Below are positions 9,635 through 18,193 of a stretch of DNA of 64,000 nucleotides, one piece after another; position 1 is the first letter of the stretch, and each line of letters opens with the position of its first letter. The DNA is taken from positions 18,355 to 82,354 of the forward strand of contig CACWXL010000017.1 in NCBI GenBank assembly GCA_902764825.1, written 5' to 3'. A program made the translations under genes and the position numbers. The notes beneath the pieces were generated by a model. The model ran no database searches. It was not told where the DNA came from and was given only the letters and a program-made list of their open reading frames with translations. The DNA comes from Oscillospiraceae bacterium. GTDB taxonomy: Bacteria; Bacillota; Clostridia; Saccharofermentanales; Saccharofermentanaceae.

Positions 9635-10531
9635 ATGAAAAAATCATTGGCATCAATTCTTATAGTCTCCGTTATTTCTTTGTCGCTGACTTCATGCGAT
9701 GTCTTCGGCGGAACCGGAGGCGGCAAGAAGCCCACTGAGACAACTGAGACTTCGGAATCCGCGGAGATCTCATACAGTCTTCCTTACGGTAAGCCTTCAC
9801 ATGATCTGAACAGTGTCGATGTCAAAGAGACTTTTGAAGATCTTTATATCGATCCCATAGACAAACCGTGGGGAGCTTCACAGAATCTTAAAATGGTAAG
9901 CGGCGATGTCGATAATTACTTCGTATATTTTTCGCTGGACCGGAACGATAATCAGGTCAATGAGAACCTGAATTACATCTCGACGGTTACAAAGCCTTCC
10001 GTAAGGGCCTATGCTTCTGAAGATGAACCGGGCTACATTATCTACGAAGTGTCCTACGATCAGGTATTTCCGATCCACTCCAGAGAGCCTGCAGTCGTTA
10101 ATACTTCGTTTTTCTCATATCACAACGTCGGTTTCGTCGATTACTATACCGGCAGGAAATTCCCTGCGGTAAATCTGTCCACGCAGATAGACAGCTTCGG
10201 AGTAACGGGCAATGTGTTCTACAAGGGTGAGAAATATCATATGGGTTATTACGAATTCAGGACCCAGGAGGAGGTTTCCGGCAGCAGGGAGAATGCAGAC
10301 GGCGGTTATGTGTTCTTAAGGCAGGTGATAAAGCTCCACTCCACGTCTTATTTCATCGTGCCGGAATTCTACAGGGGAATCCTCATGTGCGTTTATATAG
10401 CAAATGATACTGACACTCCTCTTAGTGTGATAATGGATGACAACACTCCTTATTTCGTGCCTCCGACACCGTTTGGAGACGAAGAGAATCCGGATGATTA
10501 CGTATTCTTCGGAATAAGCGCTCCGCAGTAA
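9635..10531 (+). CDS. Putative lipoprotein, unknown function
   Basis: Signal peptide with lipobox LTSC and a Ser/Thr/Glu-rich linker. Confidence 0.7.
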   Translation: MKKSLASILIVSVISLSLTSCDVFGGTGGGKKPTETTETSESAEISYSLPYGKPSHDLNSVDVKETFEDLYIDPIDKPWGASQNLKMVSGDVDNYFVYFSLDRNDNQVNENLNYISTVTKPSVRAYASEDEPGYIIYEVSYDQVFPIHSREPAVVNTSFFSYHNVGFVDYYTGRKFPAVNLSTQIDSFGVTGNVFYKGEKYHMGYYEFRTQEEVSGSRENADGGYVFLRQVIKLHSTSYFIVPEFYRGILMCVYIANDTDTPLSVIMDDNTPYFVPPTPFGDEENPDDYVFFGISAPQ

Positions 10532-10535
10532 CTTT

Positions 10536-11786
10536 TTATACCCAGCTGAGGCGCCCTTCGAAGGCAACCTTTGGATCACCCGATCTTATCGTTCCAACCT
10601 CGCAGCAGTCATAGGTCTGATTAATGTGCTTCATAACAGAGGCCTTGTCTTTTTGCGAAGTCACGATCATGAATCCAACGCCGCAGTTAAAAGTCCTCAG
10701 CATCTCTTCATCGCTGATGCTGCCGTTGTCTCTTATAAACCTGAAGAGCTCCGGTATCCTGATCTTTGACAGATCGATCCTCGCACTCAGACCGTCAGGG
10801 ATTATACGGCAGAGATTTCCCTCTATACCGCCTCCGGTGATATGTGCCATTCCGTGTATGGAATTGCCGCCGAAAAGGTCTTTGACAGCCTTGTAGTAAG
10901 GCGTATGAGGCTTCATGATCTGCTCGATAAAAGTCATTCCGCCGACTATATCAGTCTTGATCTCCGGCTTTTTGTCCATGAGGAGCCTTACCAGCGAATA
11001 ACCGTTTGTATGAAGTCCGTTGGATGCGACAGCGAGTACCGCGTCGCCTTCTTTTATCGCAGAGCCGTCAATGATCTTCGATCTTTCGACTATGCCCGCA
11101 ATGCTTGATGAAAGGACATAGACTCCGTGGTCTACAACGAGAGGCTGGATAGAGGTCTCGCCGCCGACAAGAGAGCAGCAGTTGTCGCGGCATGCATCGG
11201 AGACGCCCTTGACCAGGGTCTTGATGGTGTCCTTCTCGGCATTTCCGCAGACGATGCAGTCCAGTACCGCCAGAGGCTTTGCGCCCATAACGATAATGTC
11301 ATTTACCAGGTGGTTTATCATGTCATGGCAGATGGATTCGGTATAGCCGTACTCCATGGCGAGCTTCTGCTTTGAGCCGGGTTCTTCAGTCTTTAAAACA
11401 AGGACCGGGTCTTTGATCTCAGGAAAATTGATGTCATACAGTGACGCGAAAGGCCCCAGACCGTTCAGTACACGGGGGTCTTTTGTCTCAAGGCTCTTCT
11501 CCATTTCCTTTTTGATCGAATCGGTATAGGCGATATCTATTCCGGCTTTGCTGTAGGAGAGTCCGCTTTCTTCCTTCTCGCTTCCTGCAAGGATCTCATC
11601 CACAGTCACTTCAAGTACAGATGCGAGCTCTTTAAGGATCTCGATGTTCGGAAATGTCACTCCGTTCTCCCACTTGGATATAGCCTGAAAGGAGACATTG
11701 AGTTTCTCTGAAAGTTGAGTCTGTGTAAGTCCCAGAGCCTTGCGCTTCTCTACGATAAAGCGCCCCATCTTCTTGCTGTCGATCAT
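10536..11786 (-). CDS. XRE-family HTH fused to a PurM (AIR synthetase)-like domain
   Basis: N-terminal ~68 aa is an XRE HTH (LTQTQLSEKLNVSFQAISKWENG); the rest has PurM motifs SYSKAGIDI, GGET, SNGLHTNGYS, HITGGG and TFNCGVG. Confidence 0.85.
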   Translation of the reverse strand: MIDSKKMGRFIVEKRKALGLTQTQLSEKLNVSFQAISKWENGVTFPNIEILKELASVLEVTVDEILAGSEKEESGLSYSKAGIDIAYTDSIKKEMEKSLETKDPRVLNGLGPFASLYDINFPEIKDPVLVLKTEEPGSKQKLAMEYGYTESICHDMINHLVNDIIVMGAKPLAVLDCIVCGNAEKDTIKTLVKGVSDACRDNCCSLVGGETSIQPLVVDHGVYVLSSSIAGIVERSKIIDGSAIKEGDAVLAVASNGLHTNGYSLVRLLMDKKPEIKTDIVGGMTFIEQIMKPHTPYYKAVKDLFGGNSIHGMAHITGGGIEGNLCRIIPDGLSARIDLSKIRIPELFRFIRDNGSISDEEMLRTFNCGVGFMIVTSQKDKASVMKHINQTYDCCEVGTIRSGDPKVAFEGRLSWV

Positions 11787-11888
11787 GCCGGACCTCCGTT
11801 TTTCTTTTATGTTATCCTCATAAACGAAGTGAAAACAATAACTGACAGATTGAGTTTATCACAGCGATTCAACTAATGGTTGAAATTT

Positions 11889-11913
11889 AAAAAGGTGCCT
11901 CGAAAGGCACCTT
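11889..11913 (-). terminator. Terminator after the SCIFF maturase
   Basis: AAGGTGCC-TCGAAA-GGCACCTT hairpin with an A-tract on the left (T-tract on minus). Confidence 0.65.
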
Positions 11914-11917
11914 GGTT

Positions 11918-13300
11918 TTATTTCTTTTCGCCGGGCTGCTCCAGGCCTGAAGTGAGGAGCTTGACCGCGATCGCGCATTCTATCCTCTTCCTGAAGATAT
12001 CGCATCCCATCTCGTAGATGCCGTTGATGTCGCCTGAAGCGTGATAGGAATTTGCCGCACAACCGCCGGAGCAGTAGAGCTTTGCCCAGCAGTCCTTGCA
12101 TTCGGGACGGCTGTAAGCGTTGCAGCATGCGAACCTGTCGCGAAGTTCCGTGTTCTGAACGCCGTCGTAGATATTACCCATCTTGTATGCGTCGTCGCCG
12201 ACGAACTGGTGGCAGGGATAGAGGTCGCCCCACGGTGTGACGGCGAGATACTCTGTGCCGGAGCCGCAGCCTGCGATCCTCTTATAGATGCAGGGACCGC
12301 ATGTGAGGTCGAGCATATAGTGGTAGAAGGTAAAAGGTCTGCCTTCCTTAAAGCGCCGGACCATAAGTCTTGCGAGCTCTTCGTACTGCTCGAAAACTAT
12401 GGGCAGGTCTTCTTTGGTTATCGCAGAAGGGCTGGAAGGCTCTGTAACTACAGGTTCCATTGAGAGTTCAGTAAATCCCAGATCCAGCATCTGCTTTATG
12501 TCATTTACAAAGTCTGTGTTGAAGTGCGTGAAGGTGCCGCGCATGTAATAACTGCGGTTGCCGCGCTTTGCTACGAACTTCTGGAAGTTCGGAACGATCT
12601 TATCGTATGAACCGTGGCCTGCGTAGTCGACTCTGAAGCGGTCATTGACTTCCTTGCGGCCGTCCAGAGAGAGAACGACGTTATGCATTTCGCGGTTGGC
12701 GAACTCAGTGACCTCATCATCTAAGAGCATGCCGTTCGTCGTAAGCGTGAAACGGATATTCTTGTTGTGGATCCTCTCCTGTTCGCGGCCGTAAGCTACA
12801 AGCTGCTTTACGACGTCCCAGTTCATGAGAGGTTCGCCGCCGAAGAAGTCGATATCAAGGTTCTTGTGGAATCCTGAATTCTCGATGAGGAAATCGATAG
12901 CTCTCTTGCCGACCTCATAGCTCATTATCGCGCGCTCGCCGTGGTACTTGCCCTGGCTTGCAAAGCAGTAGGAGCAGTTGAGGTTGCATGTGTGGGCAAC
13001 GTGCAGGCACAAAGCCTTGACCTTGAAATTCTTTTTTCTGAAATCCTTGGCCAGGTGCTCGTATTTATCGGGAGCATAGAGTTTTCCGGCTGTCTTAAGA
13101 TCGTCAATGTCGGCGATGCATTCCTCAGCATCTTCTTTTGAGATGCCGTGCTTTTCGACCGCTTTGGCGACAACTGCATCAGCAGGCTCGTTCTCATACC
13201 ATTGGATCATGTCATAGGCGACCTCGTCGACCATGTGAATGGACCCGGAATAGCAGTCGAGCACGATGTTAAGACCTTCGAATTGATAACAGTGGATCAT
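11918..13300 (-). CDS. scfB: Thioether cross-link-forming SCIFF (ranthipeptide) radical SAM/SPASM maturase
   Basis: CNLNCSYC radical SAM motif, FFGGEPL, SPASM cysteines (GCGSG, YPCHQF, CKDCWAKLYCSGGC); adjacent to the six-Cys peptide gene. Confidence 0.93.
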   Translation of the reverse strand: MIHCYQFEGLNIVLDCYSGSIHMVDEVAYDMIQWYENEPADAVVAKAVEKHGISKEDAEECIADIDDLKTAGKLYAPDKYEHLAKDFRKKNFKVKALCLHVAHTCNLNCSYCFASQGKYHGERAIMSYEVGKRAIDFLIENSGFHKNLDIDFFGGEPLMNWDVVKQLVAYGREQERIHNKNIRFTLTTNGMLLDDEVTEFANREMHNVVLSLDGRKEVNDRFRVDYAGHGSYDKIVPNFQKFVAKRGNRSYYMRGTFTHFNTDFVNDIKQMLDLGFTELSMEPVVTEPSSPSAITKEDLPIVFEQYEELARLMVRRFKEGRPFTFYHYMLDLTCGPCIYKRIAGCGSGTEYLAVTPWGDLYPCHQFVGDDAYKMGNIYDGVQNTELRDRFACCNAYSRPECKDCWAKLYCSGGCAANSYHASGDINGIYEMGCDIFRKRIECAIAVKLLTSGLEQPGEKK

Positions 13301-13320
13301 TTAAAACTCCCGATTACATA

Positions 13321-13348
13321 AAAAAAGGTCCCACGTAAAATGAGACCT
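13321..13348 (-). terminator. Hairpin with T-tract between scfA and scfB
   Basis: Minus strand AGGTCTCA-loop-TGGGACCT-TTTTTT. Confidence 0.55.
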
Positions 13349-13372
13349 CTTAGGCTTCAAGATAAATTCAGC

Positions 13373-13519
13373 TTACTTGTTGAGCTGCTCGCAAGGCTGG
13401 TTAGCAACACCGCAGGATGTCTTGCATGCAGACTGGCAAGATGTCTGGCACTCGCCGCATCCGCCTTCCTTAGCTGACTTCTCGAGATCTCTTGTCTCTA
13501 CTGTAACGATTCTTGTCAT
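13373..13519 (-). CDS. scfA: Six-cysteine ranthipeptide precursor (SCIFF), 48 aa
   Basis: MTRIVTVETRDLEKSAKEGGCGECQTSCQSACKTSCGVANQPCEQLNK matches the SCIFF pattern; GAGGGAG RBS precedes ATG at 13519. Confidence 0.95.
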   Translation of the reverse strand: MTRIVTVETRDLEKSAKEGGCGECQTSCQSACKTSCGVANQPCEQLNK

Positions 13520-13550
13520 AGTATTAATCTCCCTCTTTTTTAATACGTGA

Positions 13551-13579
13551 ATTATACTTTGATGACCTTTAACAGTCAA
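13551..13579 (-). promoter_or_regulatory. Sigma-A promoter of scfA
   Basis: TTGACT-17 bp-TATAAT on the minus strand; the -35 overlaps the decarboxylase stop codon. Confidence 0.75.
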
Positions 13580-14961
13580 GGCAAAACGGGTATCAGTCCG
13601 TTGTAACTGCGCCCGCCGCCCATATGTAGCTTGATATCGCCCCTGGAAAGGATCCTGACGGTATCTTCCGTAATTATCTCTCCGGGCATCAGGAGCGGTA
13701 TTCCGGGCGGGAAGCCGTAGATGAATTCACCGGAAGGCTTGCCGATGCTGAATTCAGGCTCGAGTTCTATGGAGCGGAGCCTTAACTGTGCCGCTTCCCT
13801 GAGCGTCATTGCAAATCTGGGGTAGGGTCTGGAGATAAACTTGGATTCGGTGTAAGGACTGTCCACTGCGTCATCTACTGCCTTGACCGCATCGCAGAAT
13901 CTCTTCAGGGTACTGACCGTGTCGCCGATGCCTGTCATTGCTATCAGATGGGAAGGGAAGCTTGCTTCGCATTCGATGTTGAATGTTCCTCTGAGCTGAT
14001 CGAAAAGGAAATCCCCGTAGCCCATTATTACGAACTTTGATCTCTCCCTGACGGGCGCTTCCCAGAGCCTGAAGTTGCGAAGCCCTCTTAAGTTTTCCTC
14101 GGCGTATGTTATTGCGTCTTCCCAGGGCTTTAAGAGCGAGGGGCCTTTGGCATAAAGGCTCGAAAGGCATTTGGATACGCCGCCCAATAATATGTACGAG
14201 GGCGAGGAAGTCTCAAATATATCAAGACCTCTTCTTATAAGGGATTCTTCTATGGGACAACCTTCGTTAAGGAGCATTACTGCTGTCTGCGTAGGGGAAG
14301 ACAGTGTCTTATGAAGGCTCTTTATTACGATATCGCCCTTTGAATCAGGGCCGAAGAAATTATCATCCAGTCCGAGATGAGCGCCGTGCGCGCTGTCGGT
14401 GATGAGGAGGGCATCGTATTTCCTGGTTATACGGAAGATCTCGTCCATGTCTGACAGCACGCCTTCATAAGTAGGAGACGTTACGACGACGATCTTAAGG
14501 GACGGGTCTCTGGCAAGGTATCTTTCGATATCAGAAGGGGATACGTGTCCTGCGAAAGGAAGTCCTATGTCGAACGCGGGCATCAGAGGGACTATGGAAC
14601 TGCCGGTAAGTTCTATGGCATTCCAGACTGACAGATGACAGTTCATTGCAGCAAGGATCTTCGAATTCGGGTAGAGGTTACAAGCGCTCCAGATGGCGGC
14701 AAGGATAAGCGCGGAAGAACCGTTTACGGAAATAAACGCTTTTTTCGCTTTCCAGACCGAAGCTGCACAGTCTTCCATATCCTTAAGGATGCCGGTAGGG
14801 GAATGGAGGTTATCGAATCCGCCGATCTCGGTGATATCACGCATGAATGCCTGTGACACGAAGTCCGGGTTGCGCTTGCCGCCCGGCATATGCATCGGCA
14901 GAGGATCGGTTCCCAGATAGAGCTTCAATGCTGCTCCGAGCCTGTCGTTGTCGTATTTCAT
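13576..14961 (-). CDS. Orn/Lys/Arg decarboxylase family PLP enzyme
   Basis: HMPGGKR, DITEIGGFDNLH, SPTYEG, DSAHGAH, SLHKTL (PLP lysine) and YGFPPGIP motifs. Confidence 0.85.
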   Translation of the reverse strand: MKYDNDRLGAALKLYLGTDPLPMHMPGGKRNPDFVSQAFMRDITEIGGFDNLHSPTGILKDMEDCAASVWKAKKAFISVNGSSALILAAIWSACNLYPNSKILAAMNCHLSVWNAIELTGSSIVPLMPAFDIGLPFAGHVSPSDIERYLARDPSLKIVVVTSPTYEGVLSDMDEIFRITRKYDALLITDSAHGAHLGLDDNFFGPDSKGDIVIKSLHKTLSSPTQTAVMLLNEGCPIEESLIRRGLDIFETSSPSYILLGGVSKCLSSLYAKGPSLLKPWEDAITYAEENLRGLRNFRLWEAPVRERSKFVIMGYGDFLFDQLRGTFNIECEASFPSHLIAMTGIGDTVSTLKRFCDAVKAVDDAVDSPYTESKFISRPYPRFAMTLREAAQLRLRSIELEPEFSIGKPSGEFIYGFPPGIPLLMPGEIITEDTVRILSRGDIKLHMGGGRSYNGLIPVLP

Positions 14962-15013
14962 GGCGAGCAACCTCCTTTAATGTAACTTATCACAAAAAAC
15001 TGATATTAAGAAG

Positions 15014-15042
15014 TTGACAATTGAATTCTACACTTGTAGAAT
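15014..15042 (+). promoter_or_regulatory. Sigma-A promoter of blaI-like operon with overlapping BlaI-type operator
   Basis: TTGACA (15014)-17 bp-TAGAAT (15037); palindrome ATTCTACACTTGTAGAAT (15025-15042) contains TACA-N2-TGTA, the BlaI/MecI/CopY box. Confidence 0.85.
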
Positions 15043-15075
15043 GATGTCAAAATAATTATAAAGGGGATATATGCA

Positions 15076-15441
15076 ATGAAAGAGAATTCGATCGGTGACA
15101 GCGAGTATAAGCTAATGGAATTGATATGGGAATACGCTCCGGTAGCTTCCGGCGAGTTGTCCACCATGTGTGAGATGATCCACGGCTGGAAGAAGACCAC
15201 GGTCTATACAATGCTCAAAAGACTTCAGGACAAGGGATTCATACAGAGCGAGAAATCCACTATCACGTATCTGGTAGACCGTGACGAGCTTCAGAGACAG
15301 CAGAGCGAGGAACTCGTCGAGAAGAACTTCAAGGGATCCCTGCCGATGTTCGTCAACGCTTTCTTAGGCGGCGGTAAGAAGATGAGCAAGGAAGACGCCC
15401 AGAGTCTTATCGACATGATAGAACAGCACACGGAAGAATAA
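15076..15441 (+). CDS. BlaI/MecI/CopY family transcriptional repressor
   Basis: 121 aa; SEYKLMELIWE, WKKTTVYTMLKRLQDKGFI winged helix, FKGSLPMFVNAFL C-terminal motif. Confidence 0.92.
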   Translation: MKENSIGDSEYKLMELIWEYAPVASGELSTMCEMIHGWKKTTVYTMLKRLQDKGFIQSEKSTITYLVDRDELQRQQSEELVEKNFKGSLPMFVNAFLGGGKKMSKEDAQSLIDMIEQHTEE

Positions 15442-15466
15442 GGAACAAACCAAGGGATAGAGTGTT

Positions 15467-17986
15467 ATGAGTTTTATATTTTCCAAGGTGCTTGAGATGA
15501 GTTTGTACGGCAGTATTGCCATACTTGTCGTGTTGCTGTTCAGGCTAATTTTCCAAAAATGCCCCAAGAAAGTCATGATCCTTTTCTGGATCATTGTGGC
15601 ATTAAGGCTAGTGCTGCCTTTTAACTTCAATTCACCTACGAGCATTCTTAACTTCGGAAAGTTCGTTCAGCCGAAGACTGTGTCGGCAGAGCCCACAGTC
15701 TACGATCCCGAGACGAGATTAAGGGAGATCGCCGTAGTCGATAATACGCCTGTTGCTATAGAGCAGAATGATCCTGATGCTGCCGTAACCGGTAACAGCA
15801 ATGAGGCTCCGGATACCGCACCTGTGGTTACTGAACAGGCTCCCAAGGTAACGTTTAAGACGGTTCTGCCCTTTATCTGGCTTGGCGTAACGGCCGCCAT
15901 GCTGATCTTTTCAGCAATAAGATATGCGATCTTCTACTCAAGGGCCAGATGGAGTTCCCGTTCTTTCGACGGAAGATATTACATGGCAAATGACATCGAT
16001 TCACCGTTCGTTGTAGGCATCATCAAGCCTAAGATCTTTTTCCCGATCAACATGGATGACGATGAGCGCGAATATGTGCTCAATCACGAATGGACCCACA
16101 TAAAGAACAAGGACGGGCTTACCAAGCTTTTAAGCTACATCGTTCTCAGCATACACTGGTTTAATCCGCTTGTATGGCTTGCTTTCTTCATGCTCTGCGC
16201 AGATATCGAAATGCGTGTCGACGAGGAGACAACGAGCAATTTCAACCTCTCCATGGTAAAGGAATACTGCAAGTCGCTTGTAAGGCATGCGGCAGATGAC
16301 AATAAGGGCGCGTTTATGCAGAGCACTGCTTTCAGCGGCCTTTCTTTCGGAGGCATGGAGACCAAGATGAGGATCAAGAATCTTCTGTCACATAAGATCA
16401 CATCCAGAGAGATCCAGATCGCTTCCATTTGCGTTACCCTGGCCTTCTCGCTCCTGGTATCCGCATCTTCGATCGACCATCAGCCCTGGGTAAGGGAAAA
16501 GCCTTCTGAGCCAGAAGAGAGTGCTGTGGTTACAACATCTGATACTTTGGAATCTACGCCTTCTGAGACAACTGCTGAGACGACAAAGACCAGACGCTGG
16601 GATGCTGCATTTATTGATCCTTATATTGAACTCATCAGGAAGACCGGATATGACTATCAGGGCAATAAGCTTTATTACAAATATGCTTTCATCTACATCG
16701 ATGATGACCTGATCCCTGAGCTTGTTATGGAAAGACCGACAGAGGGTGCGAACGATCTGGTAAGTCTTTACACTTTCAGAAACGGTAAGGTTCTGCCTGT
16801 CTTTGAGGACGGCGTTTATATGGATTCGAGCGAGTCTTATCACTACGTTCCTTTTGAAGACTTTATTATTCATCATGTTGTATTGACCCAGGGTGAGCTC
16901 GCTGAAGCCAAGCTCTATTCCATGAATGATCTTATGACAGGTGCAAAGCCTAAAGCAGACGGCTATTTTGAGGGAACTTCGTTTTCAATAGACGGCAAGA
17001 GTGTCACGCAGGATGAATATAAAGAGTTTTTCAGAAGCCGCGAAGCCGAAGTGATAACCGGCAAAGTCGGTCCTGATAAGGCTATTGAGATCCTGAATGG
17101 CCAGAAGACTTCCGGCGGAACCAAGATCCCTTCTGACATTTCGGATGACCCGGCTGTTTCCGAGACAACAGAGACGACGGAAGAGACAACGGCTGCTACT
17201 GCTTCTGAGACCACAACACCTGTTGAGACAACGGTACCTGCAGAGGATAAGCTGCTTTCGATAAGCAAGATAAAGGATTTTACGGTCATTCCGTTTGTGA
17301 ACGAGAGCAACAATTCCACTTTTACTGTCTCAGGAGAATTTGGAAGTATCGTTTGCAGGATCCTCCCGGAGAAAGTGGTGCGCTTCACTATTAAGGACAA
17401 GTCATTTGAATATGCAATTCCTTCAACGAGCACCGGAGGAATCTACCTGCTGAAAGATTACGGAAAGGCGAACATCTTTATTCAGTTCTACGTTGAAGGC
17501 GGAAACCAGATCTGTGCATACAATGTCTTTGATAACGGTGTTTTCTTCAAAGGAGCGGTTAATAACGCCACATTCGAAAGAGCAGTCGATAATCCCAGAA
17601 CATTCTGGATCATTGAAAACTATGGGGAAAATGCGGTCGTTGATGTGAGGAGAAATTACTCGATGTCCAAAACAACAGGAATGCCGGCACCTGATACCTA
17701 CCTGATGTATACATGCTTCAACGTGAAGATGCCTTTAAAGAGCAAGGTTGATCTGTGCGGCTATCTGATGATAAACGGCACCATCTATAAACACAATTTA
17801 ATCTATATATATGTAGGTGAGAAAGTAACTCCGGTAAAAACAGATGAAAAAGACGTTATCATAATTCAAAAAGAAGACGGCACAGTGCTCCAGGTAAACT
17901 TCAAAGACCAGAAAGACAGATTCTACGACAGTAATAACTACCGCTGGGTCTACAATGCCATAGTGGACTGGTTCGAACCTGCATAA
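15467..17986 (+). CDS. M56 family (BlaR1/MecR1-type) membrane metalloprotease sensor with a large non-PBP extracellular region
   Basis: SPFVVGIIKPKI, HEWTH zinc motif, IHWFNPLVW, IEMRVDE; followed by a TM helix and two ectodomains separated by Thr/Glu-rich linkers. Confidence 0.9.
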   Translation: MSFIFSKVLEMSLYGSIAILVVLLFRLIFQKCPKKVMILFWIIVALRLVLPFNFNSPTSILNFGKFVQPKTVSAEPTVYDPETRLREIAVVDNTPVAIEQNDPDAAVTGNSNEAPDTAPVVTEQAPKVTFKTVLPFIWLGVTAAMLIFSAIRYAIFYSRARWSSRSFDGRYYMANDIDSPFVVGIIKPKIFFPINMDDDEREYVLNHEWTHIKNKDGLTKLLSYIVLSIHWFNPLVWLAFFMLCADIEMRVDEETTSNFNLSMVKEYCKSLVRHAADDNKGAFMQSTAFSGLSFGGMETKMRIKNLLSHKITSREIQIASICVTLAFSLLVSASSIDHQPWVREKPSEPEESAVVTTSDTLESTPSETTAETTKTRRWDAAFIDPYIELIRKTGYDYQGNKLYYKYAFIYIDDDLIPELVMERPTEGANDLVSLYTFRNGKVLPVFEDGVYMDSSESYHYVPFEDFIIHHVVLTQGELAEAKLYSMNDLMTGAKPKADGYFEGTSFSIDGKSVTQDEYKEFFRSREAEVITGKVGPDKAIEILNGQKTSGGTKIPSDISDDPAVSETTETTEETTAATASETTTPVETTVPAEDKLLSISKIKDFTVIPFVNESNNSTFTVSGEFGSIVCRILPEKVVRFTIKDKSFEYAIPSTSTGGIYLLKDYGKANIFIQFYVEGGNQICAYNVFDNGVFFKGAVNNATFERAVDNPRTFWIIENYGENAVVDVRRNYSMSKTTGMPAPDTYLMYTCFNVKMPLKSKVDLCGYLMINGTIYKHNLIYIYVGEKVTPVKTDEKDVIIIQKEDGTVLQVNFKDQKDRFYDSNNYRWVYNAIVDWFEPA

Positions 17987-18014
17987 CCGGAACATAATGA
18001 TTTCAGTACTTTCA

Positions 18015-18038
18015 GGGGAGCTTTAAGCTCCCCTTTTT
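18015..18038 (+). terminator. Terminator after the M56 gene
   Basis: GGGGAGCT-TTA-AGCTCCCC-TTTTT. Confidence 0.8.
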
Positions 18039-18066
18039 CGCGCCCTGGAAAAGATTTCAAAAAATA

Positions 18067-18165
18067 TTCTACAAATGTAGAAAAAACTATTGACATCTGC
18101 TTTCTACAAATGTAGAATGACGCTCGTAAGGTTGTTCTACGTTTGTAGAATCTACGCTTGTAGAA
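18067..18165 (+). promoter_or_regulatory. Sigma-A promoter with four BlaI-type operator palindromes
   Basis: TTGACA (18090)-17 bp-TAGAAT (18113); boxes TTCTACAAATGTAGAA (18067, 18102), TTCTACGTTTGTAGAA (18135) and TCTACGCTTGTAGAA (18151). Confidence 0.88.
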
Positions 18166-18193
18166 CAGCTACTATTATTCGGAGGAAATAAAA

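Noticed and set aside
18067-18165. TTCTAC...GTAGA repeats resembling the Cas12a (Cpf1) repeat stem, a possible mini CRISPR array
   Set aside because: Periods are 35, 33 and ~16 bp, too short and irregular for repeat-plus-spacer units. There are no cas genes, and an identical box overlaps the -10 of the blaI promoter. The TACA-N2-TGTA core is the BlaI/CopY operator.
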